Below, one piece after another: positions 1-11,593 of a DNA stretch of 64,000 bases (positions are counted from its first letter, which is position 1; the number at the start of each line of letters is the position of its first letter). Both the position numbers and the translations under genes were made by a program. This DNA is from Corallochytrium limacisporum Hawaii (taxonomy: Eukaryota > Protista > Pluriformea). Below the pieces are notes generated by a model, which was not told where the DNA came from, did not search any database, and saw only the letters and a list, made by a program, of their open reading frames with translations. The stretch spans positions 339,213 through 403,212 of the forward strand of contig PDIP01000032.1 in NCBI GenBank assembly GCA_002811645.1, written 5' to 3'.

Positions 1-1
1 G

Positions 2-913
2 CAGTTCGTGCCCGGAGACGGAGTTGAGGTGACCAAGTACCTAATGGACAGCCCGGATTTCGGCGGTATTCACTTTACAGGTTCTACTTCTGTCTTCAAG
101 CAGCTCATGCAGACCGCTGCCAACAATTTGGACAAGTACAAGAGCTTCCCTCGCATTGTCGGTGAGACCGGAGGCAAGAATTGCCATGTGATCCATAATA
201 GCGCCGATATGGCCACCGTGGTCCCTCAAACACTGCGGGCCGCATTCGAGTACCAGGGCCAGAAGTGCTCGGCCTGCAGCCGTGTCTACGTTCCGGAAAG
301 TCGATGGGCTGAGTTCAAGGAGGGCATGATTGAGCAGATGAAGACCATCAAGCAGGGACCCGTAGACGACTTTAGTAACTTCATGAGCGCCGTGATTGAC
401 TCGAATGCGCTTAAGAAGCACCAGAGCTATCTTCAGTACGCTAAGGAGAGCCCTAAGTGCGAGGTTGTAGCCGGCGGTGAGGTCGACGACTCTACTGGAT
501 ACTACGTCCAGCCGAGCCTGATCCGGGTTGATGACCCGAGCGACAAACTGCTAAAGGATGAGTTGTTTGGTCCCATCACCACGGCCTACGTCTACAAGGA
601 CGAACAGTTCAATGAGATGCTCGACCTTGTCGACGGCACCACTGAGTACTCGTTGACTGCAGCCATATTTGCTCAAGATCGGGAAGCACTGGAGACCATG
701 ACCAACCGCCTACGCAACTCCAGTGGCAACTTTTATGTAAACGACAAGTGCACCGGGGCCGTGGTCGGCCAGCAGCCCTTCGGAGGAGGTCGCATGTCTG
801 GTACAAATGACAAAGCTGGATCCATGATGAATCTGATCCGCTTCACTCAGCCTCGCGCCATCAAGGAGAACTTTATCCCGGTGTACGACTACACTTACCC
901 GCACATGAAGTAA
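2..913 (+). CDS. ALDH4A1: Delta-1-pyrroline-5-carboxylate dehydrogenase (ALDH4 family), C-terminal part; gene starts before the window
   Basis: ALDH motifs HFTGST, VGETGGKN (catalytic Glu), AFEYQGQKCSA (catalytic Cys), ELFGP, and the ALDH4-typical TGAVVGQQPFGGGRMSGTNDKAG. The frame is open to the window edge. Confidence 0.96.
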   Translation, partial: QFVPGDGVEVTKYLMDSPDFGGIHFTGSTSVFKQLMQTAANNLDKYKSFPRIVGETGGKNCHVIHNSADMATVVPQTLRAAFEYQGQKCSACSRVYVPESRWAEFKEGMIEQMKTIKQGPVDDFSNFMSAVIDSNALKKHQSYLQYAKESPKCEVVAGGEVDDSTGYYVQPSLIRVDDPSDKLLKDELFGPITTAYVYKDEQFNEMLDLVDGTTEYSLTAAIFAQDREALETMTNRLRNSSGNFYVNDKCTGAVVGQQPFGGGRMSGTNDKAGSMMNLIRFTQPRAIKENFIPVYDYTYPHMK

Positions 914-1100
914 GGCAACGACTATTTCTTTCAGCACACGTCACTTTAGTTCACCTAAACCTTGTAAAGAGATCAGAACCAGAATGAAGCTAAATCACGG
1001 TTACCCTTTATTCTATATTGTCTTTATGGTACATTAGTATGCCGTTAACTGTGATAAGCATGGTGGTGCTGACGAATGCACCTGAGACTTCTTTCAGTCT

Positions 1101-3851
1101 TCACAGATTAGGAACCCGGATTTCCAGCTCATCATCGGGAGACTGGGATTGGGGTATCGGCACCGCATCCTTTTGCCGCTGGGAACGCGGTACGGGAGGT
1201 TCCGGTGATTTAGCAAGACTCACGTATGTCTCCGGATCTTCCATGATCGTCTCGTACGTGGGAAGATCGCCCTCGTTGTCGTCGAGGGTGAAGCATGCCT
1301 CACTAAGGTTGTCAGTGTCCGAGTCAAAATGACTGTCCGCGGCCTGCAGAGCGGCAAGGCGGCTCTGACGAATAATCTGGTTGTAAGTGCCGTGGCCCGG
1401 TGCAGTCGCACGCATTGGCGACTGCTGCAGCGAGTCATAACTGTCGTTCTGTCCGCTCTCCGTCTCGGCGAGACGGGATCGATAGTTGCCAGAGTTTTGT
1501 GCTGTCGCGAGCGTGTCGCGCACAAATTCTTGGGACAGTTCACGATGGCGTCGGTCGTGGCGACCGCGGGAGGATCCACGGCGATGTAGGTCCTCGCAAG
1601 GGGGCTGCGGCGATGCACCACGGTGAGACCCGACGTGTTTAGCCTGTTCTTCGCCGAGGAAGTAGTTTGCGGATCGCGTACGGTACCGTCGCTCACTGCG
1701 GCGACGACGGGTGCCCGCACTTTGCTCCTCTTGTCTGTTTCGGTTAGCATCTACAGATGCTGCGCTACGGTCACGTGAGCTGCCACGACGGCGTGGAATA
1801 GGCGATGGCAGACCACCCCAGCGACCGCGACGGCCAGTGGACGGCGTACCTGAGCCATCAGAGTTGTTGCTTGACATGCCACCAGAGCCGGGCCTCGGCA
1901 AGGGTAGGAAACGGGACTGGGGATTCTCCCCGCTGCTGTCTGAACCCCGAGTGGAACTGTGACTAGACCTCCGGCGTACGGGGCTTGGGGATGCCATTCG
2001 AGGCCCAGGACTTGTGTGCCGCAGAGAAGACGTACCAGCACCTGCCTGATGGGTAGTTGCCGCGACGGCGTCGACCTCATCGCGAATCTTCGCAGTCCGT
2101 TCTCCGTGTTCAGTGGACGCATTGCCACCGAAATCGTTTTCTATTACATCCTGATCCAAAATGTCATCCCGATCCAGACAGTAGTAGCTCGGAGGCAGGT
2201 TGGCATCACCTTGGTCGGTCACCACAAAGGGAATGCGCACCCGAAGATTGCGACCCATGCGAACGGATGCCTCAATCTGTACGTAGTACTGCACACTGGC
2301 GAAGTGTGTGTCAGATTTGCGGGGCCTACCCTTGAAGTAACATGTAGCACTGTAAGTCTTGTCCTTGTGTTCGCCCATTCCCTTGAGCTTGGCCAGTTCC
2401 TTGCGCTCAAACTGGTTGCATACCGACCCTGCCGGCTTGCCTCCTTCCTCGATGCCGTCTCCGAGCCTAGGTGTAAGCACAGTGCGGAATTTGCCAACTT
2501 TCTTTGTCACTGGGAAGCCGTCAGTGATGTTCATAGAGGCCAGGACGTGCTTGATGCGCGTCACTGGAACATCATGACTGCTGTCCCACCCGTACTCGAT
2601 GATCTGTCGAATCTGCAGTTTCAGGCCGGTCACGTCTCGGATATTATTGTTTTCAATCTCGACCAAAATCTTGAGCGGATCATTCTGAGTGATGACGTCC
2701 TGCAGTAGTGCGCAACGTAGGAATGTGTCACCACCGTGATTCTTCATAACGCCTCCCAGGCGAGCCTCAATCGGAGGCGGCAGCTCCTTGGCTGGATGGT
2801 ACACATTCCTTCTGGTAATGCTGGTCCGTGTGCGCATGTGCTTGCGCTGAGAACTGTCCAACTGAATCACAAAGGCACTGAGATCCCAAGAGATTTGCAT
2901 AAAGTGCTCACCGCCCTTAATGGTCTTCAGGGAACCGGGCATAGACGGCGGCAGTGTGATCCGGAATGGGAACTCGTAGCTGCCCGCTGGCAAACCTTCC
3001 TCATCGAAAGGCACACTGTTCCGCTGTGTGGTCTCCCAGAGCACCACTTCTTGCTTACGCACCTTGGCGTTCAAGCTGCGCCATACGACATGGCAACGGC
3101 AGGAAATGACAATGTCCTTTACCAGATTCGGCAGGTCGTTCATTTCCAAGTGCACGTAGCCAGCTACGGGACCCTCGTTGTAGTATAGTTTGTGATCCTG
3201 GTCCAGAATGATACGGAAGCGCATAAATTCTGGGTAAGGCAATCGCTGCAGGTTTGTTCCCCGTGGAGTGGGAGTCATGGGGCCCTGGTCGGCGGGAGCA
3301 CTAGGGCTTCCATGGCCTGAATCTGCGTCGCTTGCGCTGCTGTCCCTGGTTATGCGGCGGTTCGGTGACTCATCAATATCTGACGCACTGGACCGACGAC
3401 TACCTTCAAGGTCGCCGTTGGTGCCAGGGCTTTGGTTTCTGTGGCTTCCACTATGACCTGACGGAACGATGGGCCGCCGCTGGGGTGTGGGACTTGTGTA
3501 TGGTGAGCTACCACCGGACCGAATTCGAGCCAATTCCTCGTACAGACGAGGTGTAGGGTGTGTTGTTGTAATCAAAGGCGGCATAATCACATTGCTATTG
3601 GCACCATCGGGAGACAGACCATCGTCACCCACAACATCCCGGTCACCGTCTGTGCCCACAGAACCAGAATCATGACCTTCATGACTCATTGTGCTCGTCT
3701 CCTGCTGCAGTTCCGATGACTCGTGCGTTCCATTTGTCTGAATTTGAATCTCAGGGCCACTTCCCGTTGCCTCTGCTTTTGTAAATTGTGTTGTTGTCAT
3801 TGTGGTGGATACCGGGACCGTTTGGTCCTGAGTTCCGCTGCGACTGCGCAT
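1101..3851 (-). CDS. Arrestin-domain protein (Arrestin_N + Arrestin_C) with long disordered S/R-rich tails and PY motifs
   Basis: GLPAGSYEFPFRITLPPSMPGS, ILVEIENN..VTGLKLQIRQ and SVQYYVQIEASV..LRVRIPFVV match the arrestin fold; PPSY and LPTY motifs present. First ATG at 3851, with an in-frame TGA just upstream (3873-3875). Confidence 0.85.
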   Translation of the reverse strand: MRSRSGTQDQTVPVSTTMTTTQFTKAEATGSGPEIQIQTNGTHESSELQQETSTMSHEGHDSGSVGTDGDRDVVGDDGLSPDGANSNVIMPPLITTTHPTPRLYEELARIRSGGSSPYTSPTPQRRPIVPSGHSGSHRNQSPGTNGDLEGSRRSSASDIDESPNRRITRDSSASDADSGHGSPSAPADQGPMTPTPRGTNLQRLPYPEFMRFRIILDQDHKLYYNEGPVAGYVHLEMNDLPNLVKDIVISCRCHVVWRSLNAKVRKQEVVLWETTQRNSVPFDEEGLPAGSYEFPFRITLPPSMPGSLKTIKGGEHFMQISWDLSAFVIQLDSSQRKHMRTRTSITRRNVYHPAKELPPPIEARLGGVMKNHGGDTFLRCALLQDVITQNDPLKILVEIENNNIRDVTGLKLQIRQIIEYGWDSSHDVPVTRIKHVLASMNITDGFPVTKKVGKFRTVLTPRLGDGIEEGGKPAGSVCNQFERKELAKLKGMGEHKDKTYSATCYFKGRPRKSDTHFASVQYYVQIEASVRMGRNLRVRIPFVVTDQGDANLPPSYYCLDRDDILDQDVIENDFGGNASTEHGERTAKIRDEVDAVAATTHQAGAGTSSLRHTSPGPRMASPSPVRRRSSHSSTRGSDSSGENPQSRFLPLPRPGSGGMSSNNSDGSGTPSTGRRGRWGGLPSPIPRRRGSSRDRSAASVDANRNRQEEQSAGTRRRRSERRYRTRSANYFLGEEQAKHVGSHRGASPQPPCEDLHRRGSSRGRHDRRHRELSQEFVRDTLATAQNSGNYRSRLAETESGQNDSYDSLQQSPMRATAPGHGTYNQIIRQSRLAALQAADSHFDSDTDNLSEACFTLDDNEGDLPTYETIMEDPETYVSLAKSPEPPVPRSQRQKDAVPIPQSQSPDDELEIRVPNL

Positions 3852-3876
3852 CGATTGCAACACCTCGTTCTGTCAC

Positions 3877-3967
3877 CTGGTAGAAATGAGTTAGTGCTCC
3901 TCTTGTGTGTTTCACTGTTTCCCTTGGTCAGCTCATTTGCTAAATAGGCATTGATGATCGCACTAAC
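3877..3967 (-). other. Spliceosomal intron (91 nt) in the 5'-UTR of the arrestin gene
   Basis: Minus strand: AG|GTTAGT donor at 3967, CACTAAC branch site at 3896-3890, pyrimidine-rich TCATTTCTAC, then CAG|G acceptor at 3877, 25 nt before the ATG. Confidence 0.7.
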
Positions 3968-4843
3968 CTATAATATATGTATACTAATGAGCAGAAACCT
4001 CGGACTGGTAATGATCAAGTACTCTCGACCCTGATATAGCCTGAATTCGATACTCTTAGCAATACCAACAAGTTCGCTTTGCATATTTCTCTTTTTCCTG
4101 TGCGTAGCTACAACAAGGGAACATAAGTTCCACAGTATTATGTCCATTTGCAGACAGTGTACAAATACAAACCCAAACACACAAACACAGACACACACAA
4201 GCATTTCCCTCGTAAACCTACAGAGGCACACACACACACACACAGGCACAGCGCAGATGGGTCCTTCAACACCCACGGACGCCAACATCGATGGTTAGTA
4301 TATGTATATGTAAAGAAGAAGTCCCCCTTATCTGTGGAAGGCCACCCCACTCCAACACCACCGCGACGGCGAGGGAAGGGAAGAAAAGAGCAAGGTTGGT
4401 GGTGGGTAAGGGGACACAGCAGGGACGAGGAAGAGGAAAGAAGGGAGGGGGGGGGAAGAGAGTCAGAGAAGAAGTGGGTAAGCAATAGCTGGAGGAGGCC
4501 CCGGGGTAAAAAGGGAAGGGGGAGTAGTGGGNNNNNNNNNNNNNNNNNNNNNNNNNNNNNNNNNNNNNNNNNNNNNNNNNNNNNNNNNNNNNNNNNNNNN
4601 NGGGGGGGGGGGAGGGGTGGTGGTGGCAATATTTTTCTCTCTATTGGTCTCGGCCTGGACGGGTTCGGTTGCTGACCTTTTGTCGGTGCGTGTGCTGTGC
4701 CTGTGTGCCGCCGACCCCATTCTTCACCACAGCAGAACCCCGATCGAGCTTTTTTTTTGCCCCCCCCCCCTCCCCTTTTCTTCACTTAAGCCTTTAATAC
4801 TGAAGAGTAAGACAATTTCTCTTGTCCGCCGGTACACACTCTT

Positions 4844-4869
4844 CCCCCTTCCCCCCCGGGGGGGGGGGG
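4844..4869. promoter_or_regulatory. CCCC-T-C7-Gn quasi-palindromic element (one copy of a recurring intergenic motif)
   Basis: ccccc-tt-C7-G12 here; near-identical copies at 5896-5914, 23145-23163 and 34816-34834, and variants elsewhere, all intergenic. Confidence 0.5.
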
Positions 4870-7800
4870 TGTTCAAAACCTCCTCAAAGATTTCAAAGTC
4901 TTTTACACACAGAGACTCAAGGGGAGAAGGGGAGAGACTCTGTGTGTGTGAGAGGAAGGAGCGAGAGAGAGAGAGGTGGCGAGACAGACATCTCTCTGGT
5001 CTCCCCTCTCCCACCCCCCCCCTTTCCCTCTCTATCCCTCAGCCAAACGGCCGACTACGACGACGGATAAGAGAATTTTTATCGCTTTGATATACAGATA
5101 GAACCTAGCAGATCAAACTCAATACGGCCAAAAATGAATATTTTTCAAAAAAAAAATATGTCCAACGCGTGCGTGCTTTCCCCTGTCTTTGGGATGATAC
5201 GCGCCGGTGTCGTGTGTTGGTGGACCGTGTGATGTTGGCCACCGGCGCTGAATTTTTTTCCTCTTTCCCTCGTTTTCTCTCTCGCTCGCGCGCTCTCTCT
5301 CTCTCTCTTCTTTTTTCTTTTTCTCTCTCGCTGATGATCCGTTTGCTTGGTTCTATTCGGCTTTATTTCTATTCGGGCAGAGTGTGTTATATTTTTTTCA
5401 TACCTTCCTTGCCTCTCCTTGCAAAGCCTTTAGGGTCCCAACCCGCTTTTTCCCTCGCTCAACCCTTGCCAGTCAACTCCGCGGGCAATATAACCAGCCC
5501 TGCCCTCCTTTCTTTCCTCCCGTCCCGATGGAAACCTCTCCCTCCAAACCCCCCCCCCCGGGGGCTCTTGAAGGGATCTTTATCACTGAGTTTCGCGCGG
5601 TCTTTATAATACCCGTCTTCGAGAGAGCAAGCCAAAAGGACGAGCCCAGTGGTGCGATGTTGCAAGCGTGTCTTTCTTCATTTTTTCCCTCTGTTGTGGT
5701 TGATGGTTTCCCATGTTTTCTTCTTATATTTCAGGTTCTCCAGTGCCCGCATTTAGAACACTGGGCCAAAAAATTCTTTTCTGGTTCTCCCGCCCCCTTC
5801 TCTTCCCCCCCCTCCCCCAGTCCTCTCCTTGCTCTCTGCAAAACGAAATGAAAAAATTGGTAAGAAAAAGGAAGGGAGTGGTGGGCGAAACAACACCCCC
5901 TCCCCCCCGGGGGGTCCTCCTCCTGGTAGTTTTGGCCTTTGTCGCCTTTATACCACCTTCGCTCCAAATCTGCTGATTCTCTCTCTCTCTCACTTTTTTC
6001 TTTTTTTTTTCCTTCTCTTTTCATTTACCTTTTTCGTGATGACATTCCTTGTCTGCTATGACAACCATGACAAATCAAAACTTCGGGCACATCTGACCTG
6101 TGTGCTACTATGACAAATATACCATGTTTGTTTCTGCCGAGCGCAGCGACCGCCGCTTTTCTTTCTGTTTTCATTTCAAGCCCCGGGCCCTTTTTCTCCT
6201 ATACTGGCTCCATGCCTCTGGCGTGGGTCGTCGGATAGCATTCGTGATTTCTGTTCCTATCTGTTGTCCCTCTGAGTACTTAATGAATGGACATCTGTAA
6301 CTATTGCAGCAACGTATATCTAATTACCACTTGTATCTCATGATGAGCGGGTTCCGGGTTTGATAGCACCATAGCAAGCATGGATGCACAACTGATGTTG
6401 CTGTTCAACTGGGTCAGCTGTCTCGCCCACCCATCCCTGGTGTGGCCCTAGTTGAACAATGGAGGACGGAAGAAAAAAAAACCTACCACTGAAGACAAGC
6501 GGCGAGGGTTTTCAGCCGAGCGCACATGCAAGCACAGAGATTCCCAACCACGCGAGGGGGAGGGAGGGGGGATCATCCAAGGCCTCAATACGGAATAAAG
6601 CAAGAGAAGCGGACACCCTGCCCCCGGAGGGGGGGGGGGTGCCGGGGAATTGGTGCGTGTGCATGACGGAAAGCAGTACTTTCTCGCTACGGCTTGTGCG
6701 TCATTTCTCATCGGTTGATACCGGAGCGGTTCAAAACTATCGTGCGCAGGACGCAAACGGTGCGAGTGCGTGAGTGTGTGTGTGTTATGGGCCAACAACA
6801 CCGATGCGGGCGGTCGGTGGCAAGAGCAAAGAGGGGGGGGGGTGGGCGAGTGGTTATCAAGAAAAGTGGGGGGGAGGGGCCGCCGTTGCGNNNNNNNNNN
6901 NNNNNNNNNNNNNNNNNNNNNNNNNNNNNNNNNNNNNNNNNNNNNNNNNNNNNNNNNNNNNNNNNNNNNNNNNNNNNGGGGGGGGAGGGGCCGCCGTTGC
7001 GGCTCGCCCCACTGCGGCGATGGGGGGTCATTTGTTTTTCGCTGCCGTATGTTTTCGCCTGGGATTTCCGTGGATATATGTCGTTTGTAGCAGAACTGCA
7101 CCAAAGAACCACCCTCCCCCCCCTTCCTCCTCCAAATCCTTGTTTTCCCTGTGTTTCTTTCGTCTTCCCTCAGCGCCGTGGGGTTCGTTGCTCAAGTGCG
7201 TAGTGTCGTCAGTAGTAGAGGTACGGTTTGCGCAGTCTTGAAAAAGAGGGTCAAAGGGGGTTTTTGTTTTTTTTTCCATTACCGGGAAGAGAATAAAAAG
7301 GGGAGAGGAGGAAGAGGCGGGATCAGGAGTCGACGGCATACACACACACACACACACACGAGTACCCCGCAAACCCGGCCAAAGTTGCCACCGCGCACAC
7401 ATGTCCCCCCCCCGGGGGGGGGGGCGCACACAGTGTGTTTACACTCCGAAACGGTGGTGGTTCGGGTTTGTCTTTGTGGAGCACGGTACCCACAAGGGAA
7501 AGCTCACCACTGAAAGCGCTCTAATAACTAGGCCAAAGAAGGCAAGAAATATACGAAATCATGTAAATTGGTGTGGTACGTTCACATGTGCCGTGGATCT
7601 GCGCGAAGATAGGCACACCTCGAATGGGCAGGTTGGAGGAGGAGGTGTGGAGAACCGAAGGCAAAGGACTAAGCCAGCGGGGTCGCCGCTGTTCGAACGG
7701 CACCGGGCGACGACGTGAGGGAGGACGAGGAAAGCGAGGCCGCGCTCGCTGCGCCACGGCGGTTGTGGGGAGGCGAGCCACCGGTTGAGGGTTGGTTGGT

Positions 7801-10187
7801 TAGTTGATTTTGTGGCGTTAGAGTAGGCATAGCGAACTGACGAGCATGGCTGCCTAAACGAAACCTTTCCAAAACGACCAGAGAAACAGACACCCGCAGT
7901 GAAGGCCAAGGGACACACACACAAAACAGAAACCCTCGGGAAAGCGTGCCTACTTTGGGAATATAGCGCAGTGAGAAAGCCCGCAATGGGAAAAAACAGA
8001 GGACGAGAGCGAGAGGGCGGCAGAGTGCTGCGGCTCCCTCGTTCGTTCACTCTCGGTGGAAAGTTTTGCTGATTTGTACCCACCCACTCCCAAGGGATTT
8101 CACACGGTCCCATCCTTTCTGGTACTCACACTGCTGGGGATTCTGAGCGCGCGTGTGTGGGTGCCCGAGAGAGAGAGAGAGTGTGTGTGTGTGTAGAGAA
8201 AAGACGTAGTAGACTGCGGCAACAGGTCTGCCAAGCGGGGCTTGTGATAGCCTATTACCCGAATGAAAGGCAGATGATGTCGGTAATAACTTCCCCTGGG
8301 ACACGGTCTGGCCCTGGCGAAACGGTCTCCCTACCGATGTCCAGCAGTATATTGGTGTCCCAAGTCGATCGCTCCCCATAGACTTAGTACTAATATCCAA
8401 GATCCTCTTTCCAGTTCGTTGCTGTAATCGGTGTGTTGCGTATCGTCCGCTGCGATTGGTCGGGAATGGGCGCGGCGGACGATGTCAGAAGCCAATGGTG
8501 ACAGTTCCATACTGAAATGCCCGATCATTGCTTTTGGGGAGGAAGCCGGAGCGAGATGATGGTCCTGGAAGTTTTATACATGACGGCGATATTTTTTTTG
8601 CTTGTACCACACCGTGGCCCGCGAAACAAAAGGTTGGTTAGCCGAAACAAACCACACCACGTTAACTCAGCACACCACCCGGTCAAAGTACTGAGCAAAC
8701 GTGGGCTTTTTGTCGTTTACTCGATCTGGGCCTTCAGCAGAGCGGCGCACGCGGGGGCTTGCACCGCACTGGAACGTGTCTAAGGAGGAGTCCTGATACT
8801 GGTGTTTGCATAGTGAATATACGACGCATTTAATGTGAAGTTTGTGGTGGTGATGTAAAAAAGTTGGTTTTGGTGTTGAATGAATGAGGAATAAACTTGG
8901 TAGGGGTGAAGGTGGGTCAGAAGTCCGCTTGATGTCCGTCATGGCGAGTTCATTATCTAGGTAAATGGAAAAACTCTGCGTTGTACAGATTCCCATCTCC
9001 CGCCAACCCTGCGCTCGCGCTCAGCAGCTTACCCCTCTCCGCCCCCAGGGAGCGGGGGGACCCAGGGGGGGGTTTTTGGAATTGGGACGCTGTTTCGGTA
9101 TATTGGGGTTGCGATTTGGAGAGCGAAAAGACGCCAGTTCAGATCGATGTGCACCGTGTTTAGTGGTTTCTGTCTAAACGCATGTCCATTTCAGGTCCCC
9201 GCCAAGTAGAGCCCGTAGGAACTGACCAAGATGTGCTGTCTGGAGATGCAGTGCTCAGGTGCAATAGCATGCTCAGCCGATGGTCGCTCACCACTACCTA
9301 TTGATGGGCATCGCTTGGCACTGGTTGGTTTACTATAGAATTGCATTGCTACCGCATCACCGATGTTACGAAGAACTTTGCATGGCTAATGTATCGGCGT
9401 TGAACATCTTATGATGTCCCCGTCATGCGCTCGTTTTCTGAGTAAAGTGGAATTGTGCACTACTGAACTTGCGTACAAACTGTCTGCATTCGGATTGGGA
9501 CTTGGCGGCCAGTTAATAATGCTTCCTCCCTTGCTGAGGGCACCGCGCCTTACCCTCACTATGGGTACCGATTCCGCCTGCTAGCTGGGGGGGTATGGAT
9601 GTGAGACGACCCCCTACCGAACCAACAAAAAAATTGGGGGGGGGGGGAGGAGAGGGAGGGGTGAGTCCTCCAGTTCGTCGTCCTCAATTTATTTCATATA
9701 CTGGGATTTCGTTTTGAGATACTAAGACATTATACAAATTAATATCTACATATCCGGACCGTCTTATCAAACTACACTATGTGACCTCAACTGATACACA
9801 AGGCGGACCACCGACCCTTCCCGGGACGCACAGCTAGGCACGAATAGCTTGGAGTAAACTTCTTGGGCGGAGAATGGGACAGTTCACGCTATTCGGTATA
9901 TCAAATTCAGTGTTAGTATAGTTAGGTGTTCAGGTAAACGCTTTCTCGCAATTGTCTATGCTTGAGAGGATCGTCAGTCCTCTGTGTATGTGATTTGATT
10001 TATTAAATCAATATAATCAAAATACATTCCATTTAGATTGGACCCGAGAACTGGATGGGGAGAGGGGATCGGCAGGAACCCACTCGCCCGGACAACCATG
10101 GCCGCGTGAGGAGGTGTACGGTGGAGAGTAAGTAAGGGTGACAACCAGACCAAATCAACGGACAATCAGTCGCACAGTGTCGCGCCT

Positions 10188-10503
10188 CTAGGATGTCGCT
10201 TCGAGATAATTCCACAGCTTGTTCACTGTGGCACGATCGTATTGGCAAGCCTTACGGGACCACGACATCGCTGTCGTACGGGCTACCAACCAGTTTCCTG
10301 AAGTGGTGCAAAGCATGGTCGTAGGATCCTTCCAAGAAGAGTGCTTGCCCGAGATCCATCTTTGCACTATTGTCGCCTTCCTCTGTCCTTATCCGCAGGT
10401 CTGCGATGTCTTCCTGAGTGTAACCCTCCGAGCCCATCACAGGGGACACAGGGCTCGGTGACCGTTGTGGTAGCATGACGTTTTGAACGTGTGTATCAGT
10501 CAT
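10188..10503 (-). pseudogene. Small Sel1/TPR-like ORF, probably frameshifted
   Basis: TEEGDNSAKMDLGQALFLEGSYDHALHHFRK resembles one Sel1/TPR repeat. The ORF stops at 10252, and a shifted frame continues as RKACQYDRATVNKLWNYLEATS*. Confidence 0.35.
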
Positions 10504-11593
10504 TCTTTTGTTGATGACCAGACCACATGGCTGGTTTCGTTTCTCTAGCTTGCAATCATCCGTCAGTAGCTAGTTTTTCAATCCTTCTGCCATGTCTGGT
10601 CCTCACGTTTGTGGCACAGGATTGTACTTCCACTGTCATCGAAGGGCAAGTGCGCACCTGAACGCACAGAAATAGCCTGGCCCTTTGACGATGCATCAAG
10701 AATCGAAGGAGTCACTGCGGAACCCACAGAATCATCATCGTTTGTGCGCGCTCGGACCGCCATTATCTACCGAAGACGTTTCATTCCTCGGCCACGGGGC
10801 AGGACGCGTTTCCCTACGCAATATCCCTATATGCCCAAGACCTCATATGCCTCCAGAGAGACGACTGTTTCTATAGTAGGGGAAAGCGGATCCCCACCCC
10901 TCCCCAACACCGGTCCCGCCTAAGGAAAACACCAAGTAACTATTTTTAACCAATGAACGCTTTGATTCATATGTTTTTGACCATAAAAAGCAAGTATACC
11001 AAGGGAGTCGACGTATATGGTAAGTTTGTCGAGCAGAAATTTTGGGGGAATGAATGGGGAGGGTGAAGCTCAGGTTTGAAGGGACCACCCAGCCAAGTCC
11101 TTGGGATGGCGTTTGTATTTCAGTACAAAAGGGAGATCCCAAGCAACCAGAGCAAACTCGTTGATCCAGCTGCTTGACTGCCGGTTCTAACATAAAAACT
11201 GTACATCATTCTATGAAAATACACTGGATTAAGTTATGTAATTTTTACGATGAAGACCACGATGATGGTGGATCGTGGAGAACATTGACCGGTCAATGAG
11301 ATTTCTGTTTGGATTGATGGGGGTATGATGTCAATTTGCTGTTCTTTACACGGTGCAGCTGTGATGACTCCTGTGATGATTATGGTAACGAATACATGAC
11401 GATCAAAGTAGAACTTGTTATGCAAATGCTTGAAACACTATCCTCTCAATGCTTCTTCTTCCAAGGAGAAAGACTTGTTTGAAGATCTTCAGACGGCAGA
11501 CCGGCGCACATCTTGTCTCAAACTAAGTCTCTGGGGTGTCCTTGGTCTATCCTTGATGTTGTTGTGTTTTGTTGATATTTTTTTCATACTAGC

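Noticed and set aside
6868-7001. GGGGGGGAGGGGCCGCCGTTGCG present on both sides of an N gap
   Set aside because: Typical unmerged contig overlap at a poly-G tract; most likely one copy in the genome.
7393-7432. 9-bp direct repeat GCGCACACA flanking a C9G11 element, resembling a target-site duplication
   Set aside because: Low-complexity CA sequence, and I saw no such duplication at the other copy I checked (4851), so a mobile-element origin is unsupported.
4100-9200. Many 60-220 aa ORFs upstream of the arrestin gene (and similar ones at 36300-38400, 43000-44300 and 50900-51800)
   Set aside because: Translations of homopolymers, microsatellites and N runs; no coding signature.
10858-10872. 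15-mer GAGACGACTGTTTCT repeated at 63882-63896
   Set aside because: One or two 15-mer matches are expected by chance in 64 kb, and the flanks do not align.
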